Assembly: GCA_963790205.1 (NCBI GenBank) | Contig: CAWBNQ010000001.1 | Span: 704,001-768,000 of the forward strand | Reading direction: 5' to 3' | Source: Nitrospirota bacterium | GTDB lineage: Bacteria > Nitrospirota > UBA9217 | Length of the DNA stretch: 64,000 nt | In this document: positions 27,646-41,040 of the stretch, piece by piece | Numbering within the stretch: position 1 is the stretch's first letter | Layout: every line of letters begins with the position of its first letter | Translations under genes and position numbers: made by a program | The notes under the pieces: generated by a model | What the model saw: only the letters and a program-made list of their open reading frames with translations | Told to the model about the DNA's origin: nothing | The model's database searches: none

Positions 27646-28701
27646 TTATTTCACGCTCTTCAAAAACCTCTTCATATCGAACTCGAGGTCCATCAGCTGT
27701 CGTACCCGCTCCACCTTCTGTTTCTCGCGGATGCTCGTTTTGCCCATGCTGATCTCGATCTTATCGATGGTAGTGAAGGTGTCGTCGGCCACGGAGATGA
27801 TGGGTACGCCCTTCGTCTGGGCCTTGCCGATGACCACGTCGTTCGTCTGGAAGCCGCCGGTCAGGATGATGCACCTTGTCGACGTCTCCATGGCGGCGAG
27901 CTGGATGTCGGAACGGTGCGCGCCGGTGATCACGGCCTTGTTCGGAATTCTCCGGAAATAATTGAGCGCGCTGTCCACGTCCATGGCGCCGATGGAATAG
28001 TTTTCCACATACTCGTCCAATCGTTCATCGCAGCAGACCACCTTGCCGTTTAATATCTCGTTCAATTGGCGCACGGTCACGGACTCGAGCGCCCGGTCCC
28101 TGGCGAAGACACCCAGGACTTTGACGCCTTTCTTTTCCAGGAAGGGTCTCATGGTCTCTTTCACGTGGCCCGCGGTGTTCACCGGTACCTTATTGATCAC
28201 GCCGCCGATGAACCGTTCGCCGACAAGCCCGGCGCCGCCGAAGAGAGAGTCCGCCGAGACTTCGCCGCGCCAGGGCTCGACCATCAAAAGATAGGCTTTC
28301 ATGTCGTTGAGGAGTGAAAGCGTGCTCATACCGAGGAGCGATCCTTCGAACAGATCACCCGCTCCGCCGATGATGACGAAGTCCCTGCTCTTGAGCGTTT
28401 TGAACGCCGCCAGCACCTGTTTTTTTACGTCCTTGAGGCCGCCTGCAATGAGCAGGGTCTGGTTTTCATAGGTCTGGACAAAGGGCGAGATCACCTCCAG
28501 CGGATCTTCGAGCCCGAGCGTCTCCTTGATGAAAATCGCATCAGCGTCGTAAACGCCCCTGCCTTTCTTCACCGGCACATTGCCGATGGGCTTCAGGTAC
28601 CCGACCTTGTAACCCTGATCCCTGAGCTTCATGGCAAGGCCAAGGGAGATGAACGTCCTCCCGGAGTACCCGGTGTTGGATGCGACGAGTATGGGGATCA
28701 T
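27646..28701 (-). CDS. Phosphotransacetylase N-terminal-like (BioD/DRTGG) protein
   Basis: YSGRT, GYLKPIG, IGAM, RSDIQLAA, ILTGG. Confidence 0.85.
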   Translation of the reverse strand: MIPILVASNTGYSGRTFISLGLAMKLRDQGYKVGYLKPIGNVPVKKGRGVYDADAIFIKETLGLEDPLEVISPFVQTYENQTLLIAGGLKDVKKQVLAAFKTLKSRDFVIIGGAGDLFEGSLLGMSTLSLLNDMKAYLLMVEPWRGEVSADSLFGGAGLVGERFIGGVINKVPVNTAGHVKETMRPFLEKKGVKVLGVFARDRALESVTVRQLNEILNGKVVCCDERLDEYVENYSIGAMDVDSALNYFRRIPNKAVITGAHRSDIQLAAMETSTRCIILTGGFQTNDVVIGKAQTKGVPIISVADDTFTTIDKIEISMGKTSIREKQKVERVRQLMDLEFDMKRFLKSVK

Positions 28702-28895
28702 GAAAACCTCCTGGAGGAATTGCGGAATGCACCCTGCACTCGCGCCAGGCAATCGTAAACGCTGGGCGCAGGCGGATGTGGAATACGGATCGAGAAATGA
28801 TGCCTGTCCGACTCCGGTACCTGATTCGGACAAAGAGAGCCTGTTATCGTGCGATATGTAGCGGTTTTAAACAAAACGAAACTAGTCACTGTTTT

Positions 28896-28927
28896 ATTCC
28901 GCAATCCACAATCCGAAATCCGCAATG
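28896..28927. repeat. Heptamer tandem repeat (ATCCGCA family)
   Basis: TTCCGCA ATCCACA ATCCGAA ATCCGCA, with complementary fragments near 28718-28790. Confidence 0.7.
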
Positions 28928-28930
28928 GAT

Positions 28931-31034
28931 TCACTTTTTCTCCTCCGGCCGCTTGAAAATGATCCTCGCATCGAGCGCAACAGCACCCTTCTCCATTACC
29001 AGGAGCGGATTGATATCCAGCTCCTGTATCTCGGGAAAGTCCGACACGAGGCAAGAGAGATTTACGATAGAGCTCGCGATAGCGTTGGTGTCCGCCGGGC
29101 GCTCGCCGCGGGCGCCGTGCAGGAGGCCCGCTGTTTTGATCTCGTTCACCATGGCGAGCGCGTCGCGCCGGGCAACGGGTACGATCCTGAACGAAACGTC
29201 TTTCAGGACTTCGACGTAGATGCCGCCGAGACCGAACATGATCATGTGGCCGAAGGTCCGGTCATAGGTGACGCCGAGGATCACTTCCTTGCCGCCCTTC
29301 GCCATTTCATAGACCATCACGCCCATTGACGAATGCGTCGCGCATGATGCGCCGGGCATTCGTGGTGATCTCCGTAAAGGCTTCTTCCGCCTCTTTCGGC
29401 GTTTTAACATTTACGCGCACGCCGCCCACGTCGGTCTTGTGCAGGATGTCCGGGGAGGATATCTTCATCACGACCGGGAAACCGATCTTGGACGCGATCC
29501 GGGCGGCTTCGCGCGAAGTCCTGGCAAGTGCCCGTTCAGGGAACTGAAATCCGTAATAGGTGAGGAGCTGCATGGCCTCTTCTTCGCCCACCTGGAAGAT
29601 GCCCGATTTGAGGATCGACGCGACGGTTTCGGCTGCCGCGTCAAAATTGTACCAGCAGCTCGACAGCTCTTCCGTTGTGTGATCCTTCCAGGCGCGGTAT
29701 TGTGCGAGGCGCTTGAACGACTTGACTGCAAGCTCGGGAAAGGAGAAGTTCGGGATGGAGCTGTCCTTGAGCTTCCGGATGGCGGAACGCACCCGCGTCT
29801 CTCCCATGAACGAGGTAATGATCGGCTTGCCCGTTTTTTTCGACGTTTCGATCACAACATCTGCGGTAGTTTCCACGTCCGTCATGGCCTGGGGTGTAAG
29901 GATAACCAGGATGCCGTCCACGTTCGGGTCCTGCGCAGCCTGCTCGAGCACGGCCGCGTACCGGGCGGAGGTGGCATCGCCGACCACGTCCACGGGGTTA
30001 AAAACCGTGGCATTCGGCGGAAGTCCCCTGGCCATGGCCGTGATGCTCTCTTTGGTCATGTGCGGCAGCTCTACGCCGAGCCGCTCCGCCGTGTCTGCCG
30101 CGATGATGCCCGGTCCTCCGGCATTCGTGATCACGAGCAGGCCGTTGCCGGCGGGGATTTTGCCTTCGGCAAAGGCCAGCGCCATGTCGAAGAGGTCCTG
30201 AACACCCTGCGCCCGCATGACGCCGGTCTGCTTGAACGCGGCATCAAACGCCACATCGGAGCCGGCGAGCGCGCCCGTGTGGGACGAGGCCGCGCGCGCG
30301 CCCGCCTCGGTGCCGCCTGATTTCAGGAGGATGACGGGCTTCGCCCTGGTCGCCTTGTGCGCGACTTCCATGAAGCGCCTGCCGTCGACCACGTCCTCGA
30401 GGTAGCCCAGGATGAGGCTGGTATCGGGATCGTTCATGAAATATTCGATGAAGTCGAGCTCGCTTAAATCCGCCTTGTTTCCAAGACTGATGAACTTGGA
30501 AAAGCCGACCTCGTTTCCAATGGCCCAATCCATGATCGCGATGCCCATGGCCCCGGACTGGGAGAAGAAAGCGATCTTTCCCTTCGGCAGCATGTCTGCG
30601 GCGAAGGTGGCGTTCATGCTGTTCGACGTGTTGATGAGGCCGAGGCAGTTCGGGCCCAGGATGCGGATATGCCGTTCTTTGCTGATCGTCTTGAGCTGTT
30701 CTTCGAGAAGCGTGCCCTCTCTGCCCGCTTCTTTGAATCCCGCGCTCAGGACCGCCGCCGACATGATCCCCGCGGTTGCGCATTCCCTGAGCGCATCGGG
30801 CACGAAACGCGCCGGTATTGCAATGATTGCGAGATCGACTTCCTTGCCGATGTCAGCCAGTTTCGGATACGCCTTAAGCCCGAGGATTTCTCCGCCGGCG
30901 GGGTTGACCGGGTAGAGCCCGCCCCGGAAGTCATATTTTTTAAGATTGTCCAAGACCGCGTAGCCGACTTTTTTAGGGTCCTGCGACGCGCCGATAACGG
31001 CGATTGACGCCGGGTTGAAGAACGCTTCGAGCAT
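28931..31034 (-). CDS. ADP-forming acetate/acyl-CoA ligase (alpha+beta fusion), apparent +1 frameshift near 29323
   Basis: GPNCLG, SQSGA, SHTGALAG, TNAGG, HKTDVGGV; second ORF has FGLGGIYVE and DINP. Confidence 0.85.
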
Positions 31035-31246
31035 GATGATGTAAGTTTAGTTGAGAAAGCAGGTGCGGTCAAGGGTGGATATCTGATAACCGTGTTTCCC
31101 GCGCAGAGGAACTTCTCCCCCCGGGGACGGGGGAGAAAATAGGGAGAGGGTGAAGATAAACACCCTCTCTCCTGGGGGATAGATTGGGGAGCGCCGGAGG
31201 GAAGGGGCCTCGATCGTTTGTAAAACTCCGGGCGAACCATTGAAAA

Positions 31247-31612
31247 CTAGTTATCGGCCAGCCAGCGTTTTGCCTGTTCAGCGTTGTCGAAGGACACGAT
31301 ATTCCGCTTTGAGAAGGCCATGACCGCTCCGAAAAGGATCTTCTTCAAGCCGGTGATCCCGACCACGGCAGCGGCCTTCACGTAGGGTTTGTTATGGGCA
31401 GAGAACTGTTTCATGCCGTCGTTTACTTCGTCGTTAAAACGGGCATTCGTCACGTCTGTCAGGGTAAGAAGCGAGTTCATCGGCTTAGTGCTGATCACCC
31501 GTTTTGCGTCCTCGATAATTTTCAAAACCTCATCGGTCCTGGTGTTTGAAAAATCCAGAAATAAGATGTCCTTTTCCTCGTGCTTAATGAATTTTACCCG
31601 TTCCGTTTCCAT
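31247..31612 (-). CDS. Small STAS/SEC14(SpoIIAA)-like hypothetical protein
   Basis: ILFLDFS, LTLTDVT, AAVVGITGLKK, FDNAEQAKRWL. Confidence 0.65.
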   Translation of the reverse strand: METERVKFIKHEEKDILFLDFSNTRTDEVLKIIEDAKRVISTKPMNSLLTLTDVTNARFNDEVNDGMKQFSAHNKPYVKAAAVVGITGLKKILFGAVMAFSKRNIVSFDNAEQAKRWLADN

Positions 31613-31880
31613 GCATTCTCCTTAGTAGTCGGGTGACGTGAAAAACTTAAAAGTCAACCCGAAGCCAATCGTCTCTTTTACTGCTTCATGCTATAAGAAC
31701 TGAATACAATCGTCAATAACCCGGAAAGGGTATTTTTAGGGTATAAAAATGGTGATAACACATTTTTTTGTGCGCTCTTTCTTCTCCCATGTCGTTGCTT
31801 TCAAGAGATCTGCTCGGTGATTCGGGCCCGCTTTCTGCTATACTTCTTTATGAAGAGAAACGGCAGGGGGCGCTGTTCCA

Positions 31881-33777
31881 ATGACAGTACGGGAACTCGA
31901 CAGAAAACTGGCTGCAATGAGGTCGATCTATCCGGAAAAATTTCCGACCGAGGAACGGATTTTCAGCAATATCCACCCGGGAAACCGGATTTTCATCGGC
32001 ACGGGCTGCGGCGAACCCCAGTGTCTGGTCCGTGCGCTTATCAACTACGTCCGGTCCCACCCAAAGGCCTTTTTTGACGCCGAGCTGCTCCAGGTCTGGA
32101 CCCTGGGCGTTGCGCCCTATGCAGACGAGAAATTCAAGGATAACTTCCGCCACAATTCCTTTTTCATCGGCAACAACATCCGCGAAGCGGTGAACCAGCG
32201 GCCTCGCCGACTATACCCCCGTTTTTCTCTCCCAGGTGCCGGGCCTGTTCCAGAAAAAGCTGGTGCCCGTGGATGTGGCGCTCATCCAGACCTCGCTCCC
32301 GGACGAGCACGGCTTCATGAGCCTCGGCATCAGCGTGGACATCGTGAAAGCCGCATCCGAGAACGCGTCGCTCGTCATAGCCCAGGTGAATGCCCGCATG
32401 CCGCGCGTTCTCGGCGACACCTTTATCAACATCAAGGACGTGGATTTCATCATCCCCTGCGACGAGCCGCTCCTCGAATACGAGGACACGGTGTCCGACG
32501 AGATCACCCAGAAGATCGGCACCTATGTCGCCCGCATCGTGCAGGACGGGGACACGATCCAGGTGGGGTACGGGAGCATCCCGAATGCGATCCTGGCGCA
32601 CCTCCAGAAAAAGGAGCACCTTGGCGTTCATACCGAGCTTTTGACCGACGGGATCGTGGACCTGATGAGAAGGCGCGTCATCGACAACACCCTGAAGGAG
32701 CTGAACCGCGGAAAGACCGTGGCCGCCTTCTGCATGGGCAAGCGCGATACCTACGAGTTTCTCCACGACAACCCGGCCATCGAGTTCCGGCCGGTGAACT
32801 ATACCAACAACCCCACGGTGCTCGCGCGCCAGAAGAACATGACCGCCATCAACAGCGCGCTCGAAGTCGACCTCTCGGGCCAGGCAACGGCCGAGTCCAT
32901 CGGCAAGACCTTCTACAGCGGCATCGGGGGCCAGGCGGACTTCATGCGCGGCGCGATCCTCTCGCCGGGGGGCAAGACCATCCTGGCGCTCCAGTCCACG
33001 GCCGAGGACGGCGCGGTATCGCGGATCGTGCCGTTCCTCAAGGAAGGCGCGGGAGTGACACTCTCCCGGGGCGACATCCACTACGTCGTCACCGAATACG
33101 GCATCGCCTACCTCCACGGGAAGAACATCCGCGAGCGCGCCATGGACCTGATCGCGATCGCGCACCCGAAGTTCCGGGAACGGCTCATCGAGGAGGCAAA
33201 GGAGCGCAGGCTCATCTACAAGGACCAGGCCTTCATCCCCGGAGTGCAGGGAGAATATCCCGAGGAGCTTGAGACGTACAAGACCACGCGGACCGGGCTG
33301 CAGCTCCTGTTGCGGCCGGTAAAGCTTTCCGACGAGCATCTTTTAAAGGACTTCTTCTATGCCCTCTCGAACGACTCTCTGTACCGTCGGTTCATCTCCA
33401 CCCGCACCGATATGCACCACGAGCGGCTCCAGCCCTTCGTGGTGATCGACTACACCCGGGAGATGGTGATCCTCGCGGTCCTGCAGCACGAAGAGACGGA
33501 GATGATCGTCGGCATGGCCCAGTACATGATCGAAGAGACCACGCACACGGCAGAGGTCGCCTTCGTGGTGCGCGACGACCACCAGGGCAAGGGCATCGGC
33601 CAGGAGCTTCTCACCTATGTGACCTATCTGGCACGGAAGAGCGGCCTGCTCGGCTTCACGGCGCAGGTCCTGATGGAGAACCGGCAGATGCTCCAGCTTT
33701 TCGAAAAAATGGGGTTCATCATCGAGAAGCGCGCCGAGAGCGGGATGTACGAACTCAAAATGTCGTTCAGGGATTGA
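31881..33777 (+). CDS. Acetyl-CoA hydrolase/transferase + GNAT fusion, apparent +1 frameshift near 32199
   Basis: GTGCGEPQ, GVHTE, SGIGGQADF, VVTEYG; C-terminal AEVAFVVRDDHQGKGIG. Confidence 0.85.
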
Positions 33778-34139
33778 CACCGTTGAACGCAGGTGCTGCA
33801 GACTGCGCTGATACCATAAAAAGCGCAGGTTCCGGAGCATTTCTGCCGTCTTCACAAACTAAGGAATAGAATGAAATGCTCTTTTTATGGTATGTTTATC
33901 TGGCAAAAACTTCTTCCTGAATCATGGATATGTTCTGGACTGAATGGATGTGCGGAATACATTTTGTATTCGCGTAAGGCCTATTCATTCGAGTCCGGCA
34001 TGGGGAGCCACGCATGTCGAATACTGGACACCTTTTCATCTCAGGGGTGGATTGCATAGCCCTTGATGAAATTTTAGCTTTTTTCCTGTAGTTTTTTCAA
34101 AAGTAATTCATTTTCAATAAACATGATTAGGGGGTGAGC

Positions 34140-34563
34140 ATGATAATAGATTCCGTTCCTAATCGCGCTGTGGATTATTGCAATCTTTTTAATCAATGAT
34201 CAAATTCGAAAAGGATCACTAAAGAAAACACACGCGCATTACAGCGAGACATTTTTCACCGGATCTGCCGCCCTATAGAACTTTCAAAGCAATAATGGCA
34301 TTCGCGACCCAAAAGGGCTATCAAATTGACGACTTTGACAAACAACATCTTGCAGAAATATTAAACGAAAGAATGACATGGAAACGCTCTGGTTCCCTCT
34401 ACCCGATTTATGTTCGTGAACAGGCCGGCAGAACCATAGTGGAAGTTGGTATTACAAACAAGCTCGGGAAAGTTTTTTATTTAGTCCATTCAACAAAAGG
34501 GTCTTGACTGTGCGTCTCGAACGTATGCTCAACGCTGTTAAAGGTGCGGTGTTCGCATTATGA
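34140..34563 (+). pseudogene. Degraded gene for an unknown membrane-anchored protein
   Basis: Protein-like segments in shifting frames (FLIALWIIAIFLIND / PPYRTFKAIMAFATQKGYQID... / RLERMLNAVKGAVFAL*) in AT-rich DNA. Confidence 0.35.
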
Positions 34564-34779
34564 AAGAACAGATGAGGATGAAAAAAAATATTAAAAAGTA
34601 CCCAACAAATCAATCAAGCCAATAGGGAATCACCGAGGTTCATTGCCAGTTTCTTTGCAGCGATCTTTGGGGGGGCTCTTGTAAGTTACTACCGGTATTT
34701 TTGACCCTTTGTCGGGAAATGAATTGACACACGCTGTGCAGACGAAATCTAAACTTACAATTAGGGACGGGAGGTGCTC

Positions 34780-35250
34780 ATGAAAGTTTCCTGGTTTTCA
34801 TTCTACCAGTTGGTCCTTGCCCTGTGGGTCGGGGGTATTTCAATCGTTACCTTCATGGTCACGCCCATAATATTCAAATCCTATGGACGGGACACTGCCG
34901 GCGGGATCGTGGGAAAACTGCTGCCCCCCTACTTCTGGTACAATCTCATTCTTGCGGCCCTTGCCTTGGTCGTATTTTTCCTGGTCGCGGCGGACCGGTC
35001 GGAGACCGCCTCCCGGCTTTCGCTTGTTCTCCTGTCGGCAGCGCTTCTTATCAATGTTTTTATCGTATTTAAACTCCATCCCGAGGCGGTCACGGTGAAG
35101 CAGGAAGTTACCTCCTTCGAGCGAGAAGCTCCAGACTCGCCGGCGCGAAAAAAATTCACGAGGTTGCATGCCCTGAGCGCAACGTTGAACCTCTTTCTCC
35201 TTGCTGACGGGATCACCCTCCTGATGATCGCTCCGACGATAAAAAAGTGA
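34780..35250 (+). CDS. DUF4149/TMEM205-like membrane protein
   Basis: LWVGG, PIIFK, AGGIVGKLL, FTRLHALS. Confidence 0.75.
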   Translation: MKVSWFSFYQLVLALWVGGISIVTFMVTPIIFKSYGRDTAGGIVGKLLPPYFWYNLILAALALVVFFLVAADRSETASRLSLVLLSAALLINVFIVFKLHPEAVTVKQEVTSFEREAPDSPARKKFTRLHALSATLNLFLLADGITLLMIAPTIKK

Positions 35251-35351
35251 TGAAAAGAGAGGGGACTGCTGCAACCTGAGGAAGAAGAATAAATTTCGCT
35301 TGACTTTTTACGGCGAATAATAGATATTTATACTTCCTTTTTTGAGGAACC

Positions 35352-35427
35352 GGGCGGATAGCTCAGCTGGGAGAGCACAGCCCTTACAAGGCTGGGGTCA
35401 CAGGTTCGATCCCTGTTCCGCCTACCA
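35352..35427 (+). tRNA. tRNA-Val(TAC)
   Basis: Cloverleaf; anticodon arm CAGCC-CTTACAA-GGCTG; GGTTCGA; encoded CCA. Confidence 0.95.
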
Positions 35428-35431
35428 TAAG

Positions 35432-35497
35432 CAATTTCGGATTTCGGTTTTAGATTTCGGATTTTATTCCGAATTCGACATTCCGCAATCCGCATTC
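35432..35497. repeat. Heptamer inverted-arm repeat between the tRNAs
   Basis: ATTTCGG ATTTCGG TTTTAG ATTTCGG ... TTCCGAA TTCGACA TTCCGCA ATCCGCA. Confidence 0.75.
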
Positions 35498-35501
35498 ACA
35501 A

Positions 35502-35578
<77 letters not shown>

Positions 35579-35606
35579 TTTTTCAAAGATATTCTGTAGA
35601 GATAAT

Positions 35607-35643
35607 AAAAAGCCGGGGTATCACGCCCGGCTTTTTGCTTTTT
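35607..35643. terminator. Bidirectional intrinsic terminator
   Basis: AAAAAGCCGGG...CCCGGCTTTTT between the tRNA operon and the convergent ferritin-like gene. Confidence 0.8.
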
Positions 35644-35662
35644 TAGCCGAGTTCTTTGGAGA

Positions 35663-36088
35663 TTATTTCCCGAGCAGCGTTGTGAATGTGTCGTGGTGGT
35701 CCTCTTCTTCCGCGAGGATCTGCTCGAAGAGCAGCCGCGTGGTGGTATCGCCTTCCGACTGCGCCTGCTTGATAATGGCCTTGTACAGGTCTATCGCCTC
35801 CTCCTCGGCTCTCGCGTCGAACTCGAGCATCTCTTTCATGGAGCCGCTTACCTTGATCGGATCGGGCTTGGTGGTCGGGACGACGTTGAAATAAAAAATC
35901 CGTTCGGCGATTTTTTCCGCGTGTTTCATTTCCGTGATCGCCGTGTCCTCGAACACATCGGCGATCTCCGCGGATTCCAGGCCCTTGGCCATGACATGCT
36001 GCCACATGTATTGGACGCTCACCTGTATCTCCCGTGCTATCGCCTTGTTCATCATGTCCGTTAATGTTGCGCTTGCCTTCTGTACCAT
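35663..36088 (-). CDS. Bacterioferritin/ferritin-like protein
   Basis: E..QY, EMKHAE..AERI, EEEAI..Y, EEDH di-iron ligands. Confidence 0.85.
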   Translation of the reverse strand: MVQKASATLTDMMNKAIAREIQVSVQYMWQHVMAKGLESAEIADVFEDTAITEMKHAEKIAERIFYFNVVPTTKPDPIKVSGSMKEMLEFDARAEEEAIDLYKAIIKQAQSEGDTTTRLLFEQILAEEEDHHDTFTTLLGK

Positions 36089-36471
36089 GATCATCTCCTT
36101 TCCTCATGTGAGGGAATGTGCGAAGCCCAGCTTGAATAGTATCATAGCTGCGGGAAAAATGCTAAAAAGTCGGGTGGTTGCGATTACCCGGGGAAACAAG
36201 AACGTAGCAGCCCTCGCAAGCATATGTCCAACCTCCCGAATCAGATTCAAGTATAGCAGCGGAGCCGCTCTCCCGTCAACAAAACCGCCCCTTTCTTCCC
36301 CGGGGTCCGCTTGGGCCGCCGAAAGGCCAAAGTCCCTGCCCGGCAGGCGTTTTATCAAGCGCAAACCTATGTTTTGTTTGACATCCCCCGGGGTTTCTGG
36401 TAAAACATTACAGCGACCGTTTTTCAAACTGAGATCAATCAGGCACGGCACCTGCTTCAGGAGGCATTTTG

Positions 36472-37065
36472 ATGAAAAAAATTCTTGTAGTGCTTTTCCT
36501 TCTCACCCTCTTCACCGGGCTCCAGGGATACGCTCAGCAGCCATTGAAAAAATTTTCCGCACAGGAGATCAAGAAAATGTCGACGACCAAAGCGATTATC
36601 GAAACGAAATTCGGCAACATTACGCTGAAATTTTTCCCCGACGTTGCCCCGGGACACGTGAAGAACTTCATCGACCTCGCCAAGAAGGGTTTTTATGACG
36701 GGACCACCTTCCACCGCGTGATCCCCGGTTTCATGATCCAGGGCGGAGACCCGAATTCGAAGAACCCGGACAAGCGGACGCACGGCCAGGGCGGTCCGGG
36801 CTATACGATCAAGGCCGAGTTCAACGACCGTCCGCATAAGCGCGGCACGCTCTCGATGGCGCGGGCCCAGAACCCCGACAGCGCGGGCTCACAGTTCTTC
36901 ATCTGCGTGAAGGACGCGCCGTTCCTCAACCACCAGTACACCGTGTTCGGCGAGGTGGAGAGCGGCATGGAGGTCGTAGACCAGATCGTTTCGCAGCCCC
37001 GGGACCCGAACGACAACCCGAACGAACGCATCGAGATGAAAGTCAAAATAGTCGAAGCTCAATAG
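36472..37065 (+). CDS. Cyclophilin-type peptidyl-prolyl isomerase, exported
   Basis: Signal peptide; FHRVIPGFMIQGGDP, SAGSQFFI. Confidence 0.95.
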   Translation: MKKILVVLFLLTLFTGLQGYAQQPLKKFSAQEIKKMSTTKAIIETKFGNITLKFFPDVAPGHVKNFIDLAKKGFYDGTTFHRVIPGFMIQGGDPNSKNPDKRTHGQGGPGYTIKAEFNDRPHKRGTLSMARAQNPDSAGSQFFICVKDAPFLNHQYTVFGEVESGMEVVDQIVSQPRDPNDNPNERIEMKVKIVEAQ

Positions 37066-37074
37066 TCGAGAAGC

Positions 37075-37128
37075 GGTCGTCAGTCGATAGTCAAACGGTT
37101 CTTGACTGCCGACTATCGACTGCCGACC
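37075..37128. repeat. Heptamer-based inverted repeat (AGTCG family)
   Basis: GGTCGTCAGTCGATAGTC ... GACTATCGACTGCCGACC. Confidence 0.7.
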
Positions 37129-37150
37129 GTGTTTCTGGAGACTACGTTCA

Positions 37151-38356
37151 TTGAAGCAGGACATCAAAAAAATCGTCGTGGCCTATTCCGGCGGGCTCGA
37201 TACGTCGGTCATCATCACCTGGCTCAAGGAGATCTACGGCGCCGAGGTGATCGCCTTTACGGCCGACATCGGCCAGGGCGAAGAACTGGAACCGCTGCGT
37301 GAGAAAGCGATCAGGACCGGCGCGAGTAAAATCTACATCGACGACCTCCGCGAGGAGTTCGTCCGGGATTTCGTGTTCCCGATGCTCCGGGCGAATGCCG
37401 TGTACGAAGGACGCTATCTTCTCGGCACCTCGATTGCCCGTCCGCTCATCGCCAAGCGCCAGATCGAGATCGCCGTCAAGGAAGGCGCCGATGCGGTCTG
37501 CCACGGAGCCACGGGCAAAGGAAACGACCAGGTCAGGTTCGAGCTGACCTACTTTGCGCTCAAGCCCGACGTAACAATCGTCGCACCCTGGCGGGAGTGG
37601 ACCATGAAGGGCCGGGAAGAGCTGATCGCCTACGCGGCGAAGCACAAAATCCCGGTGACGGCCACCAAGTCCAAGCCCTATTCCACGGACCGGAACCTGC
37701 TCCATATCAGTTACGAAGGCGGCATTCTCGAGGACCCGTGGAAAGAGTCGACCAGCGACATGTACACTATGGCGGTACCGATTGAGAAGGCCCCGGATAA
37801 GGCCGAGTATGTCGAGGTCGCATACGAGGCAGGCAATCCCGTGGCCATCAACGGGAAGAAGCTTACACCGGCGGCGCTCTTGTCCGAGGCGAACCTGATC
37901 GCCGGAGCGCACGGCATCGGCCGGGTCGACCTGGTCGAGAACCGTTACGTGGGCATGAAGTCCCGCGGCGTATACGAAACGCCGGGCGGCACCCTCCTGC
38001 ATGCGGCGCACCGGGCTGTTGAGTCGATCACCATGGACCGTGAGGCTATGCATCTCCGGGACAGCCTGGTCCCGCGGTATGCGGAGCTTGTATATTACGG
38101 ATACTGGTTCGCTCCCGAGCGAACCATGCTCCAGGCGGCAATGGACGAGTCACAGAAGAACGTGACAGGCACTGCGCGTCTCAAATTATATAAAGGAAAC
38201 TGCGACACCGTGGGCCGCAAGTCACCGGTCTCGCTCTACAATCCCGAGCTCGCGACCTTCGAGGCGGACCGGGTCTATAACCAGAAGGACGCAGAAGGTT
38301 TTATCCGGTTGAACGCGCTGAGACTCAGAGTGGGGAGAAACGCAGGCTCCGAATAA
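37151..38356 (+). CDS. argG: Argininosuccinate synthase
   Basis: [33 protein letters not shown]. Confidence 0.97.
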   Translation: MKQDIKKIVVAYSGGLDTSVIITWLKEIYGAEVIAFTADIGQGEELEPLREKAIRTGASKIYIDDLREEFVRDFVFPMLRANAVYEGRYLLGTSIARPLIAKRQIEIAVKEGADAVCHGATGKGNDQVRFELTYFALKPDVTIVAPWREWTMKGREELIAYAAKHKIPVTATKSKPYSTDRNLLHISYEGGILEDPWKESTSDMYTMAVPIEKAPDKAEYVEVAYEAGNPVAINGKKLTPAALLSEANLIAGAHGIGRVDLVENRYVGMKSRGVYETPGGTLLHAAHRAVESITMDREAMHLRDSLVPRYAELVYYGYWFAPERTMLQAAMDESQKNVTGTARLKLYKGNCDTVGRKSPVSLYNPELATFEADRVYNQKDAEGFIRLNALRLRVGRNAGSE

Positions 38357-38467
38357 CAAAGCCCAAATTTCAAATCACATCCAATAACCAAAATACACAT
38401 GCTGGAAATTGAATGTTGGGAACGTATTTGATTTGGTGCTTGAGATTTGGAATTTCGTCAAACAGAC

Positions 38468-39891
<1,424 letters not shown>

Positions 39892-39895
<4 letters not shown>

Positions 39896-40965
39896 ACACA
39901 CGATCCCGTCGGCGTTGTGTGCTTACCTGTGTGGCGTTTATTTGTCTGGCGCTGGCCGCATCCTGCGGCAGAAAGACCGCCCCGCTTACGCCGCCCAGTC
40001 CGCGGGCCGAGGCAGTCACAGACGTTAAGGCAATAGCGCGCGACGCAGTAGCGTTCCTGTCCTGGCCGGTCCCGACCAAAAATATCGAAGGCAAGGACAT
40101 GAGCCCCGCCGGGATTCTCGGGTTCCGCGTTTTCCGGGCGGAGATCGAGCGCGACAGGAAAAGTGCCCGGTACAAGCTGGTCGCCGAGATCAGTCTCTCG
40201 AAGCCGGCGCCGGCTGAGGTGAGGAGCGGCAGAGTCTTCTGGAGCGACCCAAACTTGCGGTACGGCCAGGTCTATGGCTACCGGATCAGGGTCGTGAACG
40301 CGCACGGGAGAATGAGTCAGCCCTCTGAAGAGGTGCGGGTAGCGCCGCTGCTGTCGCTCGCCGCGCCGAAGACGCTGAGCGCCATTGGAGGGGACGGCAA
40401 GAACTTTCTCACCTGGGCCCCGGTGACCACCCGGGCGGACGGCAGCAAGTACGAGGGCTTCGTAGGGTACAACGCGTATCGGGGAATTGAGAAGGGCAGG
40501 TACGACGAGACGCCCCTCAATAAAGAACCGCTCCGCACGAATACCTATACGGACACGGCAGCGGCGAACAACAAGACCTATTATTACATGGTCCGCGCTG
40601 TGGACAGCCCGATCCAGCCCTGGAAGGAGAGTCTCGATTCACCCGAGGCCTCCGCCATGTCCAGGGACCTGACGCCGCCCGGGAGGCCGACCGGGCTCAC
40701 GGTCGTGCCGGGCGTGGGCAGGATATTCCTCACCTGGAACGAAAACAGGGAACGGGACCTTGCCGGTTACTATGTGTACCGGTCGAGAAAGTACGGCAAA
40801 GAGTTTGAGCGCCTTACGGACAAGCCGATAAACCGCTCAACCTACTCCGATGAGACGGTGAAGCCGGGGGTTTTGTATTACTATGCGGTTACCGCAGTTG
40901 ACACTTCGGGGAACGAAAGCCCGCGGTCCAAGGAGCATAAGGCATACGCTGAAAAGCTGCGGTAA
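39892..40965 (+). CDS. Lipoprotein with fibronectin type III repeats
   Basis: Lipobox LAASC followed by GRKTAP; three FN3-like units (L.W...GY.VYR...D...Y.Y.V.AV). Confidence 0.8.
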
Positions 40966-41040
40966 CGTATTGTAAATTGGAAAATGAAAAGTTAAGGAGC
41001 GAAAAAAAATTTCCAATTTTTCCATCGATGAGAGTCCTCT

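Noticed and set aside
36104..36451. 115-aa ORF between the ferritin-like gene and the cyclophilin
   Set aside because: Lies in a divergent promoter region and has no recognisable features.
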